From assembly GCA_022646745.1 (NCBI GenBank), contig CP060262.1, positions 3,570,001 through 3,602,000 of the forward strand: a DNA stretch of 32,000 bases, written 5' to 3'. Under the pieces are notes generated by a model. It was not told the DNA's origin. It searched no databases and saw only the letters and a program-made list of their open reading frames with translations. The position numbers were made by a program, and so were the translations under genes. Positions 6,886 to 13,844 of the stretch are shown here, piece by piece. This DNA is from Planctomycetales bacterium. Its GTDB lineage: Bacteria > 4484-113 > JAFGCY01. Position 1 is the first letter of the stretch, and each line of letters begins with the position of its first letter.

Positions 6886-7758
6886 ATGCGCCAGATAATC
6901 AACAACAGCCCGCAGCCTGAGGATGACAGGCAGCATGAGCAGGCCCGCAGGAGCCGGGTCGGCATCTTCGACAGCGGTGTGGGCGGCTTCACAGTGCTCA
7001 AGGCGCTGCTCAGCCGCCGTCCGGACCTGGACATCGTCTACTTCGGAGACTCGCTCAATGCCCCAAACGGCAGCCGCCCACCTGAGCAGCTGCACGGGAT
7101 GTGCCACAACATGGTGCAATTCCTGGTGGACCAGGGCGTGGACATAATGGCGGTGGGCTGCAATTCCTGCAACATCCTGATGGGCAGCGGCGAACTGAAG
7201 AGCTATGGAATTGCCAGCTTCGACCTGGTGAGCAGCACCGTCGACTGGCTCAAGCTGCAGCACCACAAGCCGCAGAACCTGGCGATCCTCGCCACACAGG
7301 CCACGATCAACAGCCGCTACTACGAGCGCAAGCTGCAGGAGGCCTTCCCGGAGCTGCCGATCCGCTCGATGGCTGCCCCGAAGCTCGTTCCGCTGATCGA
7401 GTCCTTCCCCTGGAGCGAATACGACCTGCGCACCGCAGTGCAGGAGTACCTCAACCCGCTGCTGGAGGAAGGCTTCAATAACATCGTGCTGGCCTGTTCG
7501 CATTACCGCTGGATTGAACGCTACCTGCGGGAACTGGACAGCGAGATGACCCTGATCGACCCGGCGGAATGCCTCGCCGAGCGGCTCGTTGCCACCCTGC
7601 CGGCAGCACCGGAGGGAGCACGGCGAGGCGAGCTGCGGCTCTACTCCTCGCATCCGAACGAGGCCTTCTCGCACTTCGCGGAAATGGCAATCGGACGTGA
7701 TGCGAAGGAATACATCAAGCTGTTCATAGTCAACCCCTACGAGGAACACAATGTCTAG
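6886..7758 (+). CDS. murI: Glutamate racemase
   Basis: Carries VGIFDSGVGGFTV, the first catalytic-Cys motif GCNSCN and the second ACSHY. About 20 extra N-terminal residues relative to typical MurI. Confidence 0.9.
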   Translation: MRQIINNSPQPEDDRQHEQARRSRVGIFDSGVGGFTVLKALLSRRPDLDIVYFGDSLNAPNGSRPPEQLHGMCHNMVQFLVDQGVDIMAVGCNSCNILMGSGELKSYGIASFDLVSSTVDWLKLQHHKPQNLAILATQATINSRYYERKLQEAFPELPIRSMAAPKLVPLIESFPWSEYDLRTAVQEYLNPLLEEGFNNIVLACSHYRWIERYLRELDSEMTLIDPAECLAERLVATLPAAPEGARRGELRLYSSHPNEAFSHFAEMAIGRDAKEYIKLFIVNPYEEHNV

Positions 7759-8470
7759 ACTGGACGGGCGTGCACCCGCACAAATGAGGGAAGTCGAACT
7801 GCTTCCCGACAGCTTCCGGCGCAATGATGTGCTGGTCAAGTATGGGGCCACCCAGGTGCTGTGCTATGCCAGCATTGAGGACCGCGTCCCACCCTGGCTG
7901 GTGGGCAGCGGCAGCGCATGGCTGACGGCGGAGTACCAGATGCTGCCGACGGCCAGCGAGCCGCGCCAGCGCCGTGAGCGCCTGCAGCTCAGCGGACGCA
8001 CACAGGAGATCCAGCGCCTGATCGGGCGCAGCCTGCGCACGGCACTCATCCTGCAGGGCCTCGGGCAGCTGACCTTCCGCATCGACTGCGATGTGCTGGT
8101 TGCCGACGGCGGCACCCGCACGGCGAGCATCACCGGCTCGATGGTGGCGCTGGCCAACCTGATTGATGATGAGAAGGAGCGCTTCAAGCGCTTCCCGGAC
8201 ATCCTCACGCACCTGGTGTCGGCGGTCAGCGTCGGCATCGTGAACGGCAGCCCGGTCTGCGACCTGAACTATGTAGAGGACCGCGACGCTGAGGTGGATG
8301 CGAACGTGGTCGGCCTGAGCACCGGCGGTTATGCCGAGATCCAGGCCACCAACGAGGATGGCGCTTACAACCGCGTGCAGCTTAACTCCATGCTGGACCA
8401 GGCGGACACTGCGCTGGAGCAGCTGTTTGCAAAGCAGCGCAGCGCGATCCGGCGCAGCGGCTGGCTGTAA
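7751..8470 (+). CDS. rph: Ribonuclease PH
   Basis: Carries DGRAPAQMR, WLTAEYQMLP, GRTQEIQRLIGRSLR and DCDVLVADGGTRTASITG. Overlaps the murI stop by 8 nt. Confidence 0.95.
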   Translation: MSRLDGRAPAQMREVELLPDSFRRNDVLVKYGATQVLCYASIEDRVPPWLVGSGSAWLTAEYQMLPTASEPRQRRERLQLSGRTQEIQRLIGRSLRTALILQGLGQLTFRIDCDVLVADGGTRTASITGSMVALANLIDDEKERFKRFPDILTHLVSAVSVGIVNGSPVCDLNYVEDRDAEVDANVVGLSTGGYAEIQATNEDGAYNRVQLNSMLDQADTALEQLFAKQRSAIRRSGWL

Positions 8471-8500
8471 GGCCCGCACATCTGCGAAAATAGCAGGGAT

Positions 8501-9919
8501 ATGTCCACGCGCGCAATCAAGTTCGGCACGGACGGCTGGCGCAGCATCATTGCTGACGGCTTCACCTTCGACAATGTGGCACTGGTCGCGACCGCGATCA
8601 CGGCCTACCTGAAGGAACAGGGCCTGCAGGACCGGCCACTGCTCGTGGGCTATGACCGTCGCTTCAGCGCTGAGGAATACGCCGCGCATTTCGCGAGCAC
8701 CGTACAGGGTCTGGGCCAGCCGGTGATGCTGAGCGAGGATTACTGCCCGACCCCCTGCCTGGCGGTCGGGGTTCAGCATCACAAGGCGGCCGGGGCCGCG
8801 ATGTTCACCGCGAGCCACAACCACTGGCGTTACCAGGGCCTGAAGTTCATCCCTGACTTCGCCGGCCCGGCGATGCCTGAGACGACGGACAGGATCACGG
8901 AGCTGATCGGCGAGCTGCGACCCAGCTGGAAGCCTCCGGCATACACTGGCGTGTTCAAGGGCGAGCGCATCGACCTGAAGGAAGCCTACTTTGAGCGCCT
9001 GCGCAGCATCGTGAATGCCAACGCCTTCGCATCCTGGCACGGCCGGGTGCTGTACGACTCGATGCACGGCTGCGGGGCCGGCTACCTCGACGAGCTGCTG
9101 CGTGAGCACGGGCTGGAGGTTGTCAGCATCCACTCCGAGCGCGACGTGTACTTCGGCGGTGGCCTGCCCGACCCTTCCTATGCCAACCTGAAGGACCGCA
9201 TGGCCCTGCTGGATGAGCATGACTGCCGGCTGCTGATCGGCAATGACGGTGATGCGGACCGCGTCGGCATCATGGACCGCAAGGGCAACTTCTTCACTGC
9301 CAACGACCTGCTGCCGTTGATAGCGGACTACCTCGTGCGCTACAAGAACGGCCAGGGGCACTTCTCGCGCACGGTCTGCACCAGCCACCAGCTCGACCAG
9401 GTGGCGAAGGAACACGGGCGTGAGATGGTGGAGGTCAAGGTCGGCTTCAAGTATGTCGCGCAGGAGCTGCTGAAGGGCGCGATGATCGGCGGCGAGGAGT
9501 CCGGCGGCATCAGCGTGGCCGGGCATGTGCCCGAGAAGGACGGCACGCTCGGGGCACTGCTGACGATCGAGATGCTGGCAACGAGCGGCGAACGGCTGGT
9601 GGACCTGCTGGAGGACTTCGAGAACCGTCACGGGCACCGCAGCTTCAACCGCCACGACCTGCACATGGCTGAGCCGCAGAAGCAGAAGCTGTTCTCAGCG
9701 CTGGAGGCAGGCAAGGAGCCGCGCTTCGGCGGGCACAAGGTCGTGCAGCGCATCACCATCGACGGATACAAGTATGTGCTGGATGACGGCAGCTGGGTGA
9801 TGATGCGTGCCAGCGGTACCGAGCCCGTTGTCAGGATCTACATCGAGACCACAAAGCCGGACAGCTTCAAGCGCTGGCAGAAGCAGATCCTCGATGAGAT
9901 AAGCCAGATCAGCGGCTAG
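8501..9919 (+). CDS. Alpha-D-phosphohexomutase (phosphoglucomutase/phosphomannomutase family)
   Basis: Carries KFGTDGWR, the phosphoserine loop TASHN, the Mg-binding loop GNDGDADR and the sugar-binding loop GGEESGG. Confidence 0.9.
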   Translation: MSTRAIKFGTDGWRSIIADGFTFDNVALVATAITAYLKEQGLQDRPLLVGYDRRFSAEEYAAHFASTVQGLGQPVMLSEDYCPTPCLAVGVQHHKAAGAAMFTASHNHWRYQGLKFIPDFAGPAMPETTDRITELIGELRPSWKPPAYTGVFKGERIDLKEAYFERLRSIVNANAFASWHGRVLYDSMHGCGAGYLDELLREHGLEVVSIHSERDVYFGGGLPDPSYANLKDRMALLDEHDCRLLIGNDGDADRVGIMDRKGNFFTANDLLPLIADYLVRYKNGQGHFSRTVCTSHQLDQVAKEHGREMVEVKVGFKYVAQELLKGAMIGGEESGGISVAGHVPEKDGTLGALLTIEMLATSGERLVDLLEDFENRHGHRSFNRHDLHMAEPQKQKLFSALEAGKEPRFGGHKVVQRITIDGYKYVLDDGSWVMMRASGTEPVVRIYIETTKPDSFKRWQKQILDEISQISG

Positions 9920-11787
9920 CTGCCGCGGATCGCGAACATCAGGCGGCTTTCATCATCAGCCGTTGGGCTGTCCCAGCAGACGCCGGCGATGTCATTGTCA
10001 TCGAAGGCGAAGTCCAGCCAGATCCTCAGGTTCGTGGTGTACTTCGTGATCGCCTGCTGGCTGACCTGTTCCTTCTGCCACATTGCCCCGTCCCAGTAGG
10101 CATACCAGATCGTGATGCTGCCACCGTTGTCACGGGTGTAGGCAATCGCCGGCCGGCCGTCACTGGTGAAGGCCACCTGGTTGAAGTCAGCCAGGTAGTC
10201 TGCGGAATTGGGAGACAGGTTCTCGATCTGCTGGATGCCGCCGGACTTCAGGTTGAGGTTCTCCAGCAGAGGTACATAGCGCAGCAGCTCGCTGCCATTC
10301 GGGTCCCCATCGGGATCGAAGTGCTTGTACAGGAATCCGAACAGCTCATCACTGGCTGTGGCGACTGGATTGATCGCCAGGCTGCCGATGTCGTGGCTTG
10401 ACTCATCCACATAGATGTCATTGAGCGTATTGGGGGCTGATTCGTAGGTCAGGAAGCCTCCGTTGTTGGCAAAGTACAGCAGCGGGTCACCCGGCGCAAA
10501 GGCGATTCGCGGGAACCAGTAGCCGCCTGAAGTCAGGCCACCCGCGGGGAAGATCTGCTCCTGGGGATCCGTTTCGTTGATGGTGAACTGGCGGTAACGG
10601 CATGAGCCGTTGTCGGCGGAATTGCTGTAGTTGTAGAAGTGCGTTGCATATCCGTAGGTCTGGGACTGGCTGTTGTAGGCGGTGCTCGATGATCCGGCCA
10701 GTTCCTGGATGCCCGGGTCAGGGGTACCAAACTCATAGTTCCAGAAGCCCGCTTCATTGCTGGAGCCGGCATTGTAATAGGCTGTGTAGCCCATCAGGGT
10801 GTTCGGGCCTGTACCACCGATCGCGGTGTAGGCCAGGCTGATGCGAGGTGTGCCCTGCGGGCCGATCACGATGTCCTGCCCGAGGCCGACGCCCTTGCCG
10901 TTGCTGTTCATCTCACCAGCGACCCAGTTGCCGGGTACGCCCGGATCCTTGTCACGAGGCAGCACCGCCGCCAGCGGGATGCCGGTGTTGAAGTCCGCAT
11001 AAGCGAGGAAGATGTTGCCATTCGGCAGGAATTCCACCGCAGGAGTCCAGCCCGCCAGGCTGTCAACCTCGACATTCAGCCAGGTGACCTCGTTGAAGTC
11101 CAGCTCGACCTTCGTCACATCCATGCTCTGGGTCTCCGGCAGGATCACGGCAATGAAAACGTTCTGGTTCGGACTGCGGTAGTTGTCGCTCATCACGAGG
11201 CTGCGGATGTACTGGTCCTTGACCTGGGTGCTGCCAAGCATCTGCCAGTGGCCGGTGGCGTAGTTGGCAATCGCCACAACGTAGCCCGCGCTGCTGCCGC
11301 TGAAGGACTCATTGGCCGTGAAGATGCGCAGGGTGCCCGGATCCTTGTGGAAGTTGTAGCCCTGGAAGCGGTACATCACCCATGCAGTGTCACCCGTTGA
11401 ATTCAGGCGCTTGGCCGTATCGACGTTGCTGGCCTTCTGGATCTTGAAGTGCTGGCTGCCGTTGAGACTGTCGGTGCCGACCGCACTGGGCAGCCTGCCG
11501 AGGATGTCATCCGCCGGCATTTCCAGGCTGTCCAGCATTGAGGTATCCGGCATCCGCATTGCACGGGCGAATTCATCACTGACCGGAGTGATGCTGGCCG
11601 GGCTGCTGGCCTCGGACTCGGGCAGAACTTCCCCGCGCTCCCTGGGCAGTGCAGGGCCCGAAACCGGGATCTGCTGGTTGAGCTGGGCGCGGGATTCGTC
11701 ATTCAGTGGTGAACGCTCGCCTGCACCTGAGCAGGCGGACAGCAGGATCAGCAGCAGCACCGCTGCACAGGTTTTCAGCCGATACAT
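9916..11787 (-). CDS. Uncharacterised lipoprotein, probable beta-propeller-like repeat protein (623 aa from the internal ATG)
   Basis: ATG at 11787 is preceded by GGGAG 5 nt upstream. It gives MYRLKTCAAVLLLILLSAC|SG, a classic signal peptide plus lipobox. A low-complexity linker follows, then recurring strand motifs (NIFLAYADF, PRISLAYTAI, PRIAFAPGD, PAIAYTRDNGGSITIWYAYWDGAMW). The ORF-track start at 11859 would overlap yhhQ. Confidence 0.7.
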   Translation of the reverse strand: MYRLKTCAAVLLLILLSACSGAGERSPLNDESRAQLNQQIPVSGPALPRERGEVLPESEASSPASITPVSDEFARAMRMPDTSMLDSLEMPADDILGRLPSAVGTDSLNGSQHFKIQKASNVDTAKRLNSTGDTAWVMYRFQGYNFHKDPGTLRIFTANESFSGSSAGYVVAIANYATGHWQMLGSTQVKDQYIRSLVMSDNYRSPNQNVFIAVILPETQSMDVTKVELDFNEVTWLNVEVDSLAGWTPAVEFLPNGNIFLAYADFNTGIPLAAVLPRDKDPGVPGNWVAGEMNSNGKGVGLGQDIVIGPQGTPRISLAYTAIGGTGPNTLMGYTAYYNAGSSNEAGFWNYEFGTPDPGIQELAGSSSTAYNSQSQTYGYATHFYNYSNSADNGSCRYRQFTINETDPQEQIFPAGGLTSGGYWFPRIAFAPGDPLLYFANNGGFLTYESAPNTLNDIYVDESSHDIGSLAINPVATASDELFGFLYKHFDPDGDPNGSELLRYVPLLENLNLKSGGIQQIENLSPNSADYLADFNQVAFTSDGRPAIAYTRDNGGSITIWYAYWDGAMWQKEQVSQQAITKYTTNLRIWLDFAFDDNDIAGVCWDSPTADDESRLMFAIRGS

Positions 11788-11797
11788 ATCGCTCCCG

Positions 11798-11814
11798 TGG
11801 CCCTTGCGGGGCCA
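11798..11814 (-). other. Small intercistronic hairpin between yhhQ and the lipoprotein gene
   Basis: Plus strand reads TGGCCC-TTGCG-GGGCCA, a 6-bp stem with a 5-nt loop. It sits between the yhhQ stop (11822-11824) and the lipoprotein SD. No U-tract follows. Confidence 0.3.
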
Positions 11815-11821
11815 ACCTATT

Positions 11822-12547
11822 CTACCCTTCCAGAGCGGCCCGTGTGCGCGATACGCCACGGGCGAGGTAGAGGAACGGGGTGTCAGCGAGGGCCACGATC
11901 AGCTTCATGACGTAGGAGCTGGCCCAGATCGCGCCGAACAGCTGCCAGCTGTCGATCAGCGGGGCCATACCCAGCAGGGCCAGCGGTCCCAGTCCGATGA
12001 AAACGAAGATCGTGGTGTCCACGGCCTGGCTGACCAGGGTGGAAGCATTGTTGCGCAGCCAGAGCAGGCGGCCTTCAGTGCGCTGCTTGATGTTCGCGAA
12101 CAGGGTGACATCCAGCAGCTGGCTGGCGAGGTAGGCCAGCATGCTGCCCATGGTGATGCGCGGCAGGAAGCTGAACACGCTGGCCAGTGCGCCGGACTGC
12201 CCCTCGTCAAACTGGCTGGGGGTGAACTTCAGGCCGATCTGCATGTATACCGTCATCAGCACCATTGCGAGGAAACCCATCCATACTGCGCGATTGGCTT
12301 CCTTCTTGCCGTGGATCTCGTTCAGGATATCCGTGCAGAGGAAGATCGAGCCATACATGATGTTGCCGAGCGTGGTCTCAAGCCCGAAGATGTTGACCAG
12401 CTTCACCACCTGGATGTTGGCGGTGATGATCGCCATCACGATGTAGCCGTAGAGCCCGACCCTGCCGAACAGGCGGTACACGACCACTACCATGCAGAGG
12501 TCGAACACCAGGAAGAGCAGCCAGAGGATGCTGTTGGAGATTTCCAT
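11822..12547 (-). CDS. yhhQ: Queuosine-precursor transporter family (YhhQ / VUT, DUF165) membrane protein
   Basis: 241-aa polytopic protein. Motifs FLCTDILNEIHGKKEA, MLAYLASQLLDVTLF, LWLRNNASTLVSQAVDTTIFV match my recollection of the VUT/YhhQ family. Confidence 0.8.
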   Translation of the reverse strand: MEISNSILWLLFLVFDLCMVVVVYRLFGRVGLYGYIVMAIITANIQVVKLVNIFGLETTLGNIMYGSIFLCTDILNEIHGKKEANRAVWMGFLAMVLMTVYMQIGLKFTPSQFDEGQSGALASVFSFLPRITMGSMLAYLASQLLDVTLFANIKQRTEGRLLWLRNNASTLVSQAVDTTIFVFIGLGPLALLGMAPLIDSWQLFGAIWASSYVMKLIVALADTPFLYLARGVSRTRAALEG

Positions 12548-12562
12548 CGGGAAGATGATACG

Positions 12563-13537
12563 TCATGCGGCCCGGCGGCGTCGTGCGAGGAAGAACCATG
12601 CAATGGAGCCGGCGGAGAGTATCAGTACCAGTCCCATGACAGCTGCACTTTGCAACAATGCCGATCGGGCATCTGAGGAATGTTGGTTAACATCCCACAT
12701 AGCGTAGCTCTGACGCAGGATGTACGCCCCAGTGCGCGGATCCGGCTCGTAGAAGTGCATGTAGCCATTGGCGGTACACAGCAGCATCTCCCCCGCGGGG
12801 CCGAAGTAAATCCGGTCCAGCGCAAGGTAATCGCCCGTCTTGTTGAATTCACTGAGCCGGCCGGCGGAATCGAAGTGCTGCGGCAGCTGCAGGGGCAGCC
12901 AGTCACTGCCGGTCCAGACGCCGAATTCGGTGGTCCAGGTATTGCTGGTCTGCAACAGCACGAGCATCAGCAGGTCGCCATCCGGGTTGCGGGCCACGCT
13001 GCGCAGCTGCAGCTCACTCTGCTCCGGGATGTCCACGGTGTCGCCGTAGAGGTCCTTGAGCATCGCGTTGAGGGAAAAGTCAGCGATGGGCTGCAAGTCC
13101 GGCCAGCTGTAGATGGAGCTGTCGTAGCTGGATCCATCGCGCACCGTGCTGGCCAGCAGGCGTTCCGCCCCATCATGAGATGGCGGCATAAGGAAAACGC
13201 GTGCACGATCTTCTTCCTTCAGATTGAGCTGGTCATAAATGCCGGACAGCTCCCTGCAATCCTGTTCAGGTAGGATGTCGTGAAGGGTCGCCCAGAACAC
13301 GGGACTGCGCGGACTGCCATCCCAGTTGTAGCTCATTGCACCGTAGGGAGTGATTGCCAGTGGGTATCCACTGGCGGATACGCCAGCGTCGAGAATGGTG
13401 TCGGAAAAGGTAGACGCGCTTGAGCGGACAGGAAGCAGAGCGATAAACAGAAGCAGAATGAGAAACAGGATGTGAAGTGGCGTCAGGGGAAACCTGCATA
13501 GCTCATCCATCAATCTGCTGCCGCGGATCTGATCCAC
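12563..13537 (-). CDS. Uncharacterised exported protein with a C-terminal membrane anchor (paralogue A)
   Basis: GTG start at 13537, with an alternative ATG at 13510. The N-terminal hydrophobic signal is ILFLILLLFIALLPVRSSAS. The C-terminus has a TM segment plus a basic tail, VMGLVLILSAGSIAWFFLARRRRAA. Colinear weak similarity to the 13845-14723 product. Confidence 0.65.
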   Translation of the reverse strand: MDQIRGSRLMDELCRFPLTPLHILFLILLLFIALLPVRSSASTFSDTILDAGVSASGYPLAITPYGAMSYNWDGSPRSPVFWATLHDILPEQDCRELSGIYDQLNLKEEDRARVFLMPPSHDGAERLLASTVRDGSSYDSSIYSWPDLQPIADFSLNAMLKDLYGDTVDIPEQSELQLRSVARNPDGDLLMLVLLQTSNTWTTEFGVWTGSDWLPLQLPQHFDSAGRLSEFNKTGDYLALDRIYFGPAGEMLLCTANGYMHFYEPDPRTGAYILRQSYAMWDVNQHSSDARSALLQSAAVMGLVLILSAGSIAWFFLARRRRAA

Positions 13538-13543
13538 ATTGGC

Positions 13544-13552
13544 AGTTTAGCA
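13544..13552 (-). promoter_or_regulatory. Extended -10 element (TGcTAAACT) placed for a leaderless start of paralogue A
   Basis: Minus strand reads GCTGCTAAACT, then 6 nt, then GTG (13537). The same 11-mer at the same spacing precedes paralogue B. Confidence 0.4.
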
Positions 13553-13558
13553 GCACTG

Positions 13559-13825
13559 CTATTGAATGCGGTGCAGCAGCACGGCTGCAGCAATAAGCAG
13601 CATGATCCACAGGCAGCGTGTCAGTACGTATCCCATCCTTCCATGGACGGTGCAGAGATTTCCTGCAGTTTCCGCAGAGAGCGTAACAGCACCATTGTGC
13701 AGGCATGGCACAAGTCTGGGTGAAATGAAGATTGTGAACTGCCACAGCGAGCCCCATAAGGCAGTGGCGTTTGCCCAGCAGGAGTCATCCTGACTTCCTT
13801 CCAGAAAAGCACGACCGGCATACAT
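13559..13825 (-). CDS. Candidate 88-aa tail-anchored small membrane protein (weak call)
   Basis: ATG at 13825 lies 19 nt after the paralogue B stop. The product ends in a hydrophobic segment, CLWIMLLIAAAVLLHRIQ*. No SD is visible and third-position GC is ~50%. The longer ORF-track version (to 13906) overlaps the B 3' end in another frame. Confidence 0.25.
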   Translation of the reverse strand: MYAGRAFLEGSQDDSCWANATALWGSLWQFTIFISPRLVPCLHNGAVTLSAETAGNLCTVHGRMGYVLTRCLWIMLLIAAAVLLHRIQ

Positions 13826-13844
13826 CAGTAGCAAGGCCAAGGGA

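Noticed and set aside
7730-9664. 644-aa ORF on the minus strand spanning rph and the phosphohexomutase gene.
   Set aside because: It runs antisense to two genes that carry unmistakable conserved motifs on the plus strand. Its composition (Ala/Arg/Leu/Val/His/Gln/Asp-rich, no motifs) is typical of shadow ORFs. These arise in GC-rich DNA because TTA, CTA and TCA codons are rare in the sense frame.
12563-12660. C-terminal TM helix plus RRRR tail of paralogue A as a sortase, exosortase or rhombosortase-type sorting signal.
   Set aside because: No signature motif (LPXTG, PEP, GlyGly, Cys-rich MYXO type) precedes the helix. The paralogue and the neighbouring lipoprotein lack it, and no sortase-like gene is in the window. 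A plain membrane anchor is the simpler reading.
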